64,000 nucleotides of DNA from an uncultured Draconibacterium sp. (GTDB lineage: Bacteria; Bacteroidota; Bacteroidia; Bacteroidales; Prolixibacteraceae): positions 5,889,180 to 5,953,179 of the forward strand of contig OY781971.1 in assembly GCA_963677455.1 (NCBI GenBank), read 5' to 3'. Below the pieces are notes generated by a model. The model searched no databases. It worked only from the letters and a program-made list of their open reading frames with translations, and was not told the origin of the DNA. Numbering within the stretch: position 1 is the stretch's first letter; the number at the start of each line of letters is the position of its first letter. Of this stretch, positions 1 through 9,241 are shown piece by piece. A program made the position numbers and the translations under genes.

Positions 1-642
1 ACAAACTTGGCGGTGTACCAGGATAGTGTGCTGAAACATACTGCAGTAGTCCCGTTTGGAGGGCAGGTAATTACCAGCGACATAAAAGAAGGTTGCTCGA
101 TATTTTTGAAAAAAGCGGAGTTGTTAAAAGTGAAATATGGACAAGCGATGGGCGATTTTGCCGATGATCGTAAGGTCGTAACCATAGCCGGAGAGAATGG
201 TTGGGAGCCGCGAGATATTTCCTTTAAAAGTTTGGCGTATATTATTCAGGCACGCCTTGAGGAGATTGTTGAGTGTGTGAATGATCAGATCAGTCAGGCC
301 GGAATTGAAGACGGAGTAGGCTCGGGAGTTGTTATAACCGGCGGAACGAGTAACATGGATAACATTATCTCGTTGGTGAAGTTTAAAACGGCGCTGGATG
401 CACGGAAAGGACACTCGCTGATTTATCCTGCAACACGCAAAGAAGAATTTCAAAACCCCGAATACCTGACAGCCTTGGGCGCATTGAAAATGGTATTAAG
501 TTCCGGTGAAAATTTCACGGGAAATACGCATAATAAAAGAGTAAAACGGAAGGAAAGAGGCTTTGCACCATTAATTAAAAATGTGGTTCAGGGAGCCTTG
601 GACTTATTTGATACCGAGCAATCTGATTTAGAGTTAAATTAA
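1..642 (+). CDS. ftsA: Cell division protein FtsA, C-terminal part (5' truncated by window edge)
   Basis: Actin-fold motifs HTAVVPFGGQVITSDIKEGC, IIQARLEEI and GVVITGGTSN; directly upstream of ftsZ; frame is open back to position 1. Confidence 0.93.
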   Translation, partial: TNLAVYQDSVLKHTAVVPFGGQVITSDIKEGCSIFLKKAELLKVKYGQAMGDFADDRKVVTIAGENGWEPRDISFKSLAYIIQARLEEIVECVNDQISQAGIEDGVGSGVVITGGTSNMDNIISLVKFKTALDARKGHSLIYPATRKEEFQNPEYLTALGALKMVLSSGENFTGNTHNKRVKRKERGFAPLIKNVVQGALDLFDTEQSDLELN

Positions 643-653
643 AATAATACGAT

Positions 654-1946
654 ATGGCCGAAGAATTCGTAAACTTTCAATTTCCAAAAGCAACATCTTC
701 TATCATCAAAGTAATTGGTGCAGGAGGTGCAGGCTGCAATGCGGTCAATCACATGTACGAAGAAGGAATAGCAGGGGTTGACTACATTATTTGTAACACT
801 GACGCACAGGCGCTGGAAAACAGCAAAGTCCCAATTAAAATTCAGTTAGGAGTAACGCTTACTGAAGGACGCGGAGCTGGTAACAAACCCGAAATGGGTG
901 AACAAGCTGCCCGGGAAAATTACGAGGATCTGAAGAAAGTGTTGCAGGACAATACGAAAATGTTGTTTATTACAGCAGGAATGGGCGGTGGTACAGGTAC
1001 GGGATCGGCTCCGGTAATTGCCAGTTTGGCCCGCGAACTCGATATTCTTACTATTGCAGTGGTAACGATTCCGTCGCCTGCAGAGGGCAGAAAACGCTAC
1101 GAGCAGGCTCAGGAGGGCATAAACAAGCTAAAAGAATATGTGGATAGTATGTTGGTAATTAGCAACGACAGGCTGCATAACATTTATGGAGATCTTCCGG
1201 CAAGCCAGGCATTTAAAATGGCCGATAATATTGTAGCCACTGCGGTGAAAGGCGTAGCGGAAATTATAACGGTTCATGGCAATGTAAACATTGACTACAC
1301 GGATGTACACACTGTAATGCACAAGAGCGAAGTGTTTATTATGGGAACCGGTTTTTCTGTTGGCGAAGGCCGTGCAATGGAGGCTGTTCAGGCGGCACTC
1401 GAATCGCCACTTCTCGACAGCAACGATATTTTCGGAACAAAAAATATACTATTGAATATTATCTCCGGAAGCGAAGAAATTCGTATTGGCGAGATCGGCG
1501 AGATTATTGAAACGTTGCAGGAACAAGCTGGTCAGGAAGCCGATATTATTTGGGGTAACGGTTACGACGAGCGTCTTGGCGACAAAATTAGCGTTACCAT
1601 TTTGGCTACCGGTTTCGATACCAATCCAAATAGTATTTTACAACCCAAACAGGAAACAGAAAAATATGAGTTGAAAGAAGAGCCAACTCAACCAAAATAT
1701 GAAATAGACGAGGATCCGTTTGAGGATATGAACGAAGAGCCTCCCAAAAAGAAAGAAGAAGAGAAAGAAACGATTATTGTTTCTCCACCTCCAGTTGATC
1801 ATTCAGTACGGAAAAAGAACAAGAAAAAACGTGTGCGTAAAGAAAAAAGCAGAAAAGACGAACCTGTAACTGAATCGAATGTAGACAACTGGTTTTTTAA
1901 GAATTTTGGGAAGCTGTTTGATGATGATGATCAGAATATGGATTGA
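654..1946 (+). CDS. ftsZ: FtsZ paralog 1 (divergent, atypical C-terminal tail)
   Basis: GAGGAGCNA, CNTDAQAL, signature GMGGGTGTG, T7-loop variant NIDYTDV, VTILATGF; tail ends NWFFKNFGKLFDDDDQNMD. Confidence 0.92.
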   Translation: MAEEFVNFQFPKATSSIIKVIGAGGAGCNAVNHMYEEGIAGVDYIICNTDAQALENSKVPIKIQLGVTLTEGRGAGNKPEMGEQAARENYEDLKKVLQDNTKMLFITAGMGGGTGTGSAPVIASLARELDILTIAVVTIPSPAEGRKRYEQAQEGINKLKEYVDSMLVISNDRLHNIYGDLPASQAFKMADNIVATAVKGVAEIITVHGNVNIDYTDVHTVMHKSEVFIMGTGFSVGEGRAMEAVQAALESPLLDSNDIFGTKNILLNIISGSEEIRIGEIGEIIETLQEQAGQEADIIWGNGYDERLGDKISVTILATGFDTNPNSILQPKQETEKYELKEEPTQPKYEIDEDPFEDMNEEPPKKKEEEKETIIVSPPPVDHSVRKKNKKKRVRKEKSRKDEPVTESNVDNWFFKNFGKLFDDDDQNMD

Positions 1947-1974
1947 TGAGATGCAACCCTAAAATGGAAAGAAG

Positions 1975-3357
1975 ATGGATAAGTTGGCAGATTTTAAATT
2001 TGATGAATCTCCGGGAGCCGCAATAAAAATAGTAGGAGTTGGAGGCGGTGGTGGAAATGCGCTAAATCATATGTACACGCAGGGCATTCGCGATGTAGAT
2101 TATGTGATTTGTAACACCGATTCGCAGGCGATGGAAAACAGTCCTATTCGGTCCCGTGTTCCGCTTGGAGCACAGTTAACAGAAGGACGAGGTGCGGGTA
2201 ACAAACCTGAAGTCGGACGTCAGGCCGCCGAAGAAAATATTGAAGACGTAAAGAAAGCCCTCAAAGAAAATACAAAAATGGTATTTGTTACCGCCGGGAT
2301 GGGTGGTGGAACCGGAACCGGAGGAGCTCCGGTAATTGCAAAAGCTTGTCACGAGATGGGTTACCTTACTGTGGCTATCGTTACCATTCCTTTCAGAAAC
2401 GAAGGACGCCGGAGGGTGAAGCAGGCCTTTGACGGGATTAAAGAGTTGGAAAAATATGCTGATTCGTTACTGGTGATTAACAATGAACGTATTCGCGAAA
2501 TGTACGGCGATTTTGGTATTTCTGAGGCTTTTTCGCGAGCCGATAATATTTTGGCAACTGCAGCACGTGGAATAGCTGAAATTATAACTGTCCCCGGTTA
2601 TATTAATGTTGACTTTGCCGATGTGGAAACCGTCATGCGAAGAAGCGGAATGGCGGTGATGGGAACCGGAGTTGCTACCGGAGAAAACAGGGCAGAAGAA
2701 GCTGTGGAATCGGCACTGAACTCTCCATTGCTGAATAATAACGACATTCGTGGAGCCAGAAATGTACTCATTCATATAACATCGGGCGACAAAGAAGTAA
2801 CAATGGCTGAAGTTGGCCGGATTACTGACTATGTACAAAATAAAGCCGGTTTCGATGCTGATCTGATTTGGGGAAATGGTGTTGATGAAAACCTGGATGA
2901 AGAGCTATCGGTTACTGTAATTGCAACAGGTTTTACTTCGAGTATACTCTCTGGTATTAGCGGCGAGCAGCAACAAAATGTGAAAGTGGTTTTGGACTCA
3001 TCAGGTGCCGACATTAGCGAGCAAGAGCGAAAAACGGAGAATAGAAATGTTCGTCCCGGTCAGAAAACGATAGAGTTTGATATTCAGAAAGAGCGTGAAA
3101 GAGAAGATATGGAATTTGAGAATTTATATCCGAACACATCGCGCCAACGAACAAAGAAGGAAGACCATTTGAATATTAAAGATTTCTCTGCACTTAGCGA
3201 AGAAGATATTGATGATTTGGATAAAGTGCCGGCATACATGCGTCGAAAAATAAGGATGAATGATCCAAAATTTCAGAAAAATACTTCGCGATATACGGTG
3301 AATAAAAACAACCAGATTTCGGACAGAAATAGTTATTTACACAATAAAGTAGATTAA
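1975..3357 (+). CDS. ftsZ: FtsZ paralog 2 (canonical Bacteroidota type)
   Basis: GVGGGGGNA, GMGGGTGTG, T7 loop NVDFADV; tail VPAYMRR...NSYLHNKVD resembles the usual Bacteroidota FtsZ C-terminus. Confidence 0.96.
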   Translation: MDKLADFKFDESPGAAIKIVGVGGGGGNALNHMYTQGIRDVDYVICNTDSQAMENSPIRSRVPLGAQLTEGRGAGNKPEVGRQAAEENIEDVKKALKENTKMVFVTAGMGGGTGTGGAPVIAKACHEMGYLTVAIVTIPFRNEGRRRVKQAFDGIKELEKYADSLLVINNERIREMYGDFGISEAFSRADNILATAARGIAEIITVPGYINVDFADVETVMRRSGMAVMGTGVATGENRAEEAVESALNSPLLNNNDIRGARNVLIHITSGDKEVTMAEVGRITDYVQNKAGFDADLIWGNGVDENLDEELSVTVIATGFTSSILSGISGEQQQNVKVVLDSSGADISEQERKTENRNVRPGQKTIEFDIQKEREREDMEFENLYPNTSRQRTKKEDHLNIKDFSALSEEDIDDLDKVPAYMRRKIRMNDPKFQKNTSRYTVNKNNQISDRNSYLHNKVD

Positions 3358-3370
3358 AAAAATCAATGTT

Positions 3371-3820
3371 ATGGCATTATTCGATCAGATAAACAACGAC
3401 ATAAAAGAGGCGATGAAAGCCCGCGAAAAAGAAAAGCTTGAAGCCCTACGTGGAATAAAAAAAGTAATGCTTGAAGCCAAAACCGCACAAGGAGCCGGAG
3501 CAGAACTTGGCGACGATGAAGCGCTTAAAATCATTTCGAAGTTAGCAAAACAGGGTAGCGATGCTGCAGCCATTTACAAGGAACAAGGGCGCGACGACCT
3601 TTACGAACAGGAAATGACACAGGTGAAAATTTACGAAGCCTATCTTCCGGAGAAAATGTCGGACGAGGCACTAACAGAAGCAGTAAAAGCGATTATTGCT
3701 GAAACCGGTGCCAGCAGCATGAAAGACATGGGAAAGGTTATGGGGATTGCCAGTAAAAAACTTGCCGGACAGGCTGATGGGAAAGATATTTCAGCCAAAG
3801 TAAAATCATTACTTGCTTAA
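3371..3820 (+). CDS. GatB/YqeY domain protein
   Basis: DIKEAMKAREK...EAYLPEKMS...MKDMGKVMG...ADGKDIS pattern typical of YqeY. Confidence 0.92.
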   Translation: MALFDQINNDIKEAMKAREKEKLEALRGIKKVMLEAKTAQGAGAELGDDEALKIISKLAKQGSDAAAIYKEQGRDDLYEQEMTQVKIYEAYLPEKMSDEALTEAVKAIIAETGASSMKDMGKVMGIASKKLAGQADGKDISAKVKSLLA

Positions 3821-3861
3821 GAGAGTTTACGAATAGCCATTCGCTAATGGCACATAAAAGA

Positions 3862-3886
3862 AAAGGCTTGTAAATCACAAGCCTTT
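3862..3886. terminator. Bidirectional intrinsic terminator
   Basis: AAAGGCTTGT-AAATC-ACAAGCCTTT hairpin between convergent genes. Confidence 0.75.
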
Positions 3887-3974
3887 CTTATTTGTTGTAC
3901 CGTTCGTCAACACTAAAATTAAGCAAACACGCCTTTGCGACACATGTGTGTCGTATATTTTAAGCGTAGCTCAA

Positions 3975-4316
3975 CTAATCATCGTCATCATCATCCTCGG
4001 GGAGTTTGTCCGCGATGTGGTCGAGTTCAGAGTATTTGTCTTCATACTCTTGTTTAACATCATCCTTCAGGAATCCATCATCATCGTAGTCATCATCCTC
4101 GTCTACCAGAGCAACAGCTTCGTTTTCTGTCATGCGCAACATGTAGTACTTATCTTCAGTTTCAAAAGGAAGTACTGTGATTTTAATCCCGTTTTTATCG
4201 AAGAAATGGATGAGGTTATCTGCGAAACCATCAGCATAAATCAGCTTGATTTGTTGCTGTAAATCCTTGTCAAGCTTGTTGTAATCTTTGATTACCTTGG
4301 GTTTGCCGTTTGTCAT
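3975..4316 (-). CDS. Conserved Bacteroidota acidic hypothetical protein (113 aa)
   Basis: ATG at 4316 (MTNGKPKVIKDY) preferred over the ORF-track start; LPFETEDKYYMLRM motif; very D/E-rich C-terminus. Confidence 0.8.
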   Translation of the reverse strand: MTNGKPKVIKDYNKLDKDLQQQIKLIYADGFADNLIHFFDKNGIKITVLPFETEDKYYMLRMTENEAVALVDEDDDYDDDGFLKDDVKQEYEDKYSELDHIADKLPEDDDDDD

Positions 4317-4622
4317 TTTTTGATAGTTAAGTGTTTCTAAAAATAGCCTTTGTAAATTCCGGAAAAACACCAATCCGGAAAGTTGTTTCTACTAAATTGT
4401 TTCAATAATTACTTAACAAATAAATAGGTTCGAATTGACATTTGCAATAGCTTGTGTCGATTTTTTGAAAAACAGTTTAAGTTTAGTGTTAACACATTTA
4501 TGTCTAGTTTCTTATAGTGGTTGTGTTGTAGGGCAGAAGTAATTTGAAGGAAATAGAACTGTTCGAATAATTTTATAGGTAATAACAATAAATTTTCAAA
4601 GAGTTCTGTGAAAACCAGGAAT

Positions 4623-4657
4623 AAAAAAGGGGAAATGCAAAGCAAATCCCCTTTTTT
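4623..4657 (-). terminator. Intrinsic terminator after cyclophilin gene
   Basis: AAAAAAGGGGA...TCCCCTTTTTT inverted repeat just 3' of the 4675 stop. Confidence 0.6.
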
Positions 4658-4674
4658 ATTATATCTGAAAAAAC

Positions 4675-5112
4675 TTATTCTTCGATAATCACGATTTTTT
4701 CAATTTCATCTCCCTGACGAATGTCGTCAATAACATCAAGTCCTTCAAACACTTTTCCGAAGCAAGTGTGGTGACGATCGAGATGTTGAGTGTTTTCGCG
4801 GTTATGGCAGATGAAAAACTGAGAGCCACCAGTATTTCTTCCGGCGTGCGCCATCGATAAAACACCTTTGTCATGGTACTGGTTGTTTCCATCCAATTCG
4901 CAATCGATGCTGTATCCAGGGCCACCTGCACCGGTTCCGTCGGGGCAACCACCTTGTATCACAAAATTTGGAATAACACGGTGGAAAGTAAGGCCATCGT
5001 AAAAGCCTTCTTTCGAAAGTTTGATAAAATTAGCAACCGTTCCCGGCGCATCTTCTTCAAAAAACTTAACCTTCATCACTCCTTTTTCGGTGTGAATTTC
5101 TGCTATATTCAT
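4675..5112 (-). CDS. Cyclophilin-type peptidyl-prolyl cis-trans isomerase
   Basis: FYDGLTFHRVIPNFVIQGG, SMAHAGRNTGGSQFFI, HLDRHHTCFG. Confidence 0.96.
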   Translation of the reverse strand: MNIAEIHTEKGVMKVKFFEEDAPGTVANFIKLSKEGFYDGLTFHRVIPNFVIQGGCPDGTGAGGPGYSIDCELDGNNQYHDKGVLSMAHAGRNTGGSQFFICHNRENTQHLDRHHTCFGKVFEGLDVIDDIRQGDEIEKIVIIEE

Positions 5113-5240
5113 ATTTCTTATTTCTTATAATTCAGCACAAAAGTAGAAAAACTAGGCATATTTCATAGAAACGATTGAGAATCTGTTGAAGTACGTGCCG
5201 TTTGCGAATTGCGAAATATTGGGTAAAAGTAGTGTTTGCA

Positions 5241-5320
5241 TAAAAGAAAGAAGGAGACTCAAAAGTCTCCTTCCTAAATGTTAACCCCCAAACACACAAT
5301 ATGGGATGAATCCCAAATGC
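5241..5320 (-). ncRNA. Candidate ~80-nt small RNA
   Basis: Minus-strand TTG-N18-TATATTTG promoter (5353-5325), small hairpin TGGGATTCATCCCA, terminator GAAGGAGAC-TTTTGA-GTCTCCTTC plus U-tract (5273-5241); no ORF; the neighbouring cyclophilin has its own TACTTTTG box (5145-5138). Confidence 0.55.
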
Positions 5321-5509
5321 GACACAAATATAATTATTTTTAGATGTGTGCAAGAATGATTTTTGTCACTTTGAATACAAATGTTCTTATATCTATATTC
5401 TTGTATGTGAACAGGAATAGTAAACGGCGCGAAATTTGTTTTCAAATTATATTGTAGGTTGAGAAGTTTTGTGGATTTGTTTTAACTTTAAGTTTTTAAA
5501 TTAACCAAT

Positions 5510-6154
5510 ATGAGAATAAAGCTAATATTAATTCTTTTCTCCATTTTATTGTTTGCATCGGCTACATTTGCTCAGTACCCTGAATTAGAAACAAAACTGG
5601 ATAAAAAGATAAAAGCTTTTTTGGAAGAGAATGCCAATAATTGGCGCGATATGAATGTATCGTTGGCTGATGGTAAAATTTTATACGATATTGTTTTAGA
5701 AAACAACTACACCCGTGCTGTTGAGATTGGCACTTCAACCGGTCATTCTGCAATATGGATTGCCTGGGCTTTGAGTAAAACCGGAGGAAAACTGATTACT
5801 GTTGAAATTGACAAAGACAGGTACTTACAGGCGAAGGCAAACTTTAAAAAAGCAGGTGTTTCAAAATACATTGATGTACGTCTGGCTGATGCGCACGATC
5901 TGGTCCCGAAACTGGAAGGAGAATACGATTTTGTTTTTTCTGATGCCGATAAATACTGGTACAAAAACTATTTTATAGCAATGGACCCAAAGCTTGTTGA
6001 AGGTGCCTGCTTTACAGCGCACAACACAGGGATGAGAGTAAACGGAATTCGCGACTTTTTAGAGTATGTTGAAAGCCTGGACAACTACGACACTACTTAC
6101 GATAAGGACAGTGGGTCCGGAATTTCGGTAAGCTATAAACGTGCATCTAAATAA
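5510..6154 (+). CDS. Class I SAM-dependent O-methyltransferase with N-terminal signal peptide
   Basis: VEIGTSTGHS SAM loop and FSDADK motif of the CCoAOMT/COMT-like family; hydrophobic leader ending ATFA. Confidence 0.88.
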   Translation: MRIKLILILFSILLFASATFAQYPELETKLDKKIKAFLEENANNWRDMNVSLADGKILYDIVLENNYTRAVEIGTSTGHSAIWIAWALSKTGGKLITVEIDKDRYLQAKANFKKAGVSKYIDVRLADAHDLVPKLEGEYDFVFSDADKYWYKNYFIAMDPKLVEGACFTAHNTGMRVNGIRDFLEYVESLDNYDTTYDKDSGSGISVSYKRASK

Positions 6155-6162
6155 TCCCTGTT

Positions 6163-7518
6163 TTGATTGGCTTTAACCATAAGCTGGAGCGCAAACTCGG
6201 AATATTTCCTGTTACAAATATTGTTGTGGCCAATATAATTGGCGCCGGAATTTTTACAACAACCGGTTACATCATGGTTTTTTTAGGAAACCCTGTTTTA
6301 ATGTTATCGCTTTGGGTAATTGGCGGCTTTATTGCACTTTGCGGTGCTATTGCTTTTGGCGAATTGGGTGCTGCATTTCCCGAAGCCGGAGGAGAATATG
6401 TTTTCATTTCCAAATTATTTAACCCGCTTCTCGGTTTTTTAAGTGGCTGGCTTTCGTTAATTGTTGGCTTTTCGGCTCCCATTGCTGCTTCTGCAATTGG
6501 CTTTAGCAGCTATTTTACCCGGGCATTCCCCGATTTTCAGCAGAATCTGCAAATGGGCAGTTTAATGAGCCCGGAGCTTTTTAATCAGATACTTGCTATT
6601 CTTATCATACTTATATTTAGTATCATACATTCGCGTGGCGTACTTTTGGGCGCACGAGTACAAAATGTACTAACAATACTTAAAATCATACTGGTTGCCG
6701 GTTTAATTATAGCCGGTTTTACAATCGGTAAAGGAAGTTTTGAAAATCTAAAAGGAGGGGAGTTGATTTCTTATGATTTTGCCGATTGGAAATCGATCGG
6801 CCTCTCTCTTATGTTTATAATGTTTGCTTATAGTGGGTGGAATTCGGCTACGTATATCGGGTCCGAGATTCAGAATCCGAAAAAAGTAATACCACAGTCT
6901 TTACTGATTTCGTCGCTAATTGTGATGGTTTTGTACGTATTGCTGAACTTGTTTTTTGTGTATGCTATTCCTGCCGTGGAGATGCGTAACGAGCCCGAAA
7001 TTGGTGGTGTTGCCGCCGGATTTGCTTTCGGGAAAACAGCCGAGGTAATAATTTCCCTGCTAATTTCCTTTGCTTTATTTTCTTCTTTGAGTGCTTTTAT
7101 AATGCTCGGACCGCGCGTGTACTACAAAATGGCTAGCGATGGTTACTTTTTTCAATCGATAGCTGCAATTCATCCTAAAAAGAAGGTGCCCTCAAATGCC
7201 ATTTACCTGCAGGCTGCAATCGCAATTATTATGGTGCTTTCCGGCACGTTCGAAGAGATATTGACCTACATGGGTTTTTCGCTTGCTATTTTTCCGATAC
7301 TGGCAATAGCCGGCGTTTTTAAATTACGAATGAAAAACAAAAGTCCGCTAAAACTTCCCGGTTATCCAGTAATTCATATCGTTTTTATTGTAACCAATGT
7401 AGCCATATTGGTGCTGGCTTATTTTCAGCGGCCGGTAGAATCGTCAATTGCAGTTTTTACAGCATTGTCGGGTATTCCGGTGTTCTATTGGTTCAAAAAG
7501 AAAAAAGGGAAGCTATAG
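6163..7518 (+). CDS. APC-family amino acid permease
   Basis: IIGAGIF, ELGAAFPEAGGEYV and FAYSGWN motifs; about 12 hydrophobic segments; TTG start. Confidence 0.92.
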   Translation: MIGFNHKLERKLGIFPVTNIVVANIIGAGIFTTTGYIMVFLGNPVLMLSLWVIGGFIALCGAIAFGELGAAFPEAGGEYVFISKLFNPLLGFLSGWLSLIVGFSAPIAASAIGFSSYFTRAFPDFQQNLQMGSLMSPELFNQILAILIILIFSIIHSRGVLLGARVQNVLTILKIILVAGLIIAGFTIGKGSFENLKGGELISYDFADWKSIGLSLMFIMFAYSGWNSATYIGSEIQNPKKVIPQSLLISSLIVMVLYVLLNLFFVYAIPAVEMRNEPEIGGVAAGFAFGKTAEVIISLLISFALFSSLSAFIMLGPRVYYKMASDGYFFQSIAAIHPKKKVPSNAIYLQAAIAIIMVLSGTFEEILTYMGFSLAIFPILAIAGVFKLRMKNKSPLKLPGYPVIHIVFIVTNVAILVLAYFQRPVESSIAVFTALSGIPVFYWFKKKKGKL

Positions 7519-8259
7519 GTTCTGAATTTCCAGCAACATCTTATCTATTCTTGTTTTTACTTCCTGCTGCAAGTTTTTATAGTCGGTATCCGAAACAGGT
7601 TCGCCAAAACGTATATAGGCTTTTCTTAGTGGTCGCCACATTTGACGGAAGAAATGTCCAACCAAAGTGTCGTTTCCTACCCACGCATCGTTTTTATCGT
7701 GGTATTCAATTGCCATGGGAATTATCGGAATCTTCGTATCTGCAGCAATCTTAAAACTTCCATTTTTAAACTGCTTGGTAAGGGGCCCTTTAAAAGTTGT
7801 TCCTTCGGGGAAAAGTGCCACCGGAATCTCTTTCGACACAGACACTTTTATCTGGCTCATAGTTTGTAGTAAACTACTGGTATTTTTGCGATCAACTAAA
7901 ATAGAGGCGGTTGCTTTTATTGCCATTTTTCCGAGAGGCCATTTGGCAAGTTCGGCTTTCCCAACCATTGCCGAAGGAGTGAGTGCTGCTACAATAAAAA
8001 TATCAATGTAGCTTCGGTGGTTGGGCATTAAAATAAAGTTGCTGTTTTTGGGGATTTGGTTTTTGTCGAGTTTAAAACCACAAATGAGCAGGGTGTATTT
8101 TCCCCAGTTATGCTGCATCCAGCGTTGCAACGCGCGACTAAACCCAAACAGTTTTAGCCACAGCATTCCTGAAAAAACAATAAAGGCGGTAAGCAAAACC
8201 ACCAGTATCAGGCGGATTAAAGCCAGTGGCGAAAGAAGGATAGCTAAAATGGTCTTCAT
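7513..8259 (-). CDS. Lysophospholipid acyltransferase (PlsC-like)
   Basis: NHRSYID (HxxxxD) and FPEGT motifs. Confidence 0.92.
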   Translation of the reverse strand: MKTILAILLSPLALIRLILVVLLTAFIVFSGMLWLKLFGFSRALQRWMQHNWGKYTLLICGFKLDKNQIPKNSNFILMPNHRSYIDIFIVAALTPSAMVGKAELAKWPLGKMAIKATASILVDRKNTSSLLQTMSQIKVSVSKEIPVALFPEGTTFKGPLTKQFKNGSFKIAADTKIPIIPMAIEYHDKNDAWVGNDTLVGHFFRQMWRPLRKAYIRFGEPVSDTDYKNLQQEVKTRIDKMLLEIQNL

Positions 8260-8281
8260 GCATACAAATATGCTAAAAGAT

Positions 8282-8971
8282 TCATTTTGTATCGCGTTTT
8301 ATTTTGTTGAGTTTGATAATCCGGTAGCCAAAAAATATCAGCGACAAACCGATAAATTCAGTAACATAAAGTACTTCGACATACCCCATGCGGGTAAAAG
8401 TGCCGCCAATACCCGGAAGCAGTCCGCCAATAGCAATATAAATGTTTCCTTTAAAAGGCGCTTCTTTTATGCCCTGACGGTAGTATTTGATTGCCGAATA
8501 GATGGCTCCTCCCACTAAAAATATAAAAGCATACAGGTTAATTAATGGCGAGAAATACCGAACCCAGTGCCATTCAAAAACCTTTCCGGTAAGTTTGCCG
8601 TCGAAGCCGGGTGGAAGTTGAATTGGAGTTAGCAATACAAAAACCGATGCGCTTACAATTACCGAAACAATCAGGATGGTACTCACTTTTGCAAAAGTTT
8701 TGTTCATTAACAGGTAAACACTTCCCTGTGCCAGTGGAAACCCGCCAAGCAACGCACCTACAATGTACCAGTAACGCAGGTTGGCCGCATTCCAGCCAAA
8801 TAGCACGTTTATACTTTCGGCCAGCGTACCCAATCCAAAAGTTAATACGCCAATTGTCCACCATAGCAAATACTTGGTCTGTTTTAAACGGTAATGTTGC
8901 AGTATTTCGCGGAAAAAGAAAAACGAGAGCAGGGTGGTTAAAATAGGAATATACTCCGGAATCGGTTTCAT
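8282..8971 (-). CDS. Hypothetical multi-pass (about 7 TM) membrane protein
   Basis: 229 aa with about seven hydrophobic segments and no recognisable catalytic motif. Confidence 0.75.
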   Translation of the reverse strand: MKPIPEYIPILTTLLSFFFFREILQHYRLKQTKYLLWWTIGVLTFGLGTLAESINVLFGWNAANLRYWYIVGALLGGFPLAQGSVYLLMNKTFAKVSTILIVSVIVSASVFVLLTPIQLPPGFDGKLTGKVFEWHWVRYFSPLINLYAFIFLVGGAIYSAIKYYRQGIKEAPFKGNIYIAIGGLLPGIGGTFTRMGYVEVLYVTEFIGLSLIFFGYRIIKLNKIKRDTK

Positions 8972-9060
8972 AATCTGTTTTAAGTTGTTTTGAATCTCAG
9001 AAAAGAAACCGGGGAGTAGATGAATTGTTTATGTTATCACGTTTTTTGACTGTCCGAGCA

Positions 9061-9127
9061 TAAAAACAAAAAGGGCAACCTTATTCAGATTGCTCTTTAT
9101 TCCGGAGGTTTTTGTTGAACCCGAACC
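9061..9127 (-). repeat. Degenerate copy of the tRNA-Cys 3' end plus terminator (att-like direct repeat)
   Basis: 9061-9110 matches 11363-11412 at 46/50 positions; a further CGAACC T-loop remnant is at 9122-9127. Confidence 0.8.
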
Positions 9128-9241
9128 TGAAGTTACTACACTTGAATGGACACAGAGTTAAGAAATAAGTGGTCATGATTTATATCACCCATTCCAATCC
9201 CCATGGATATTCGTTCACTTCTTGAATATGGATATTCCCTT

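Noticed and set aside
9018-9045. CATCTA upstream of the 7-TM gene as a further ECF promoter
   Set aside because: There is no GCAACC-like -35 element at 16-17 nt spacing.
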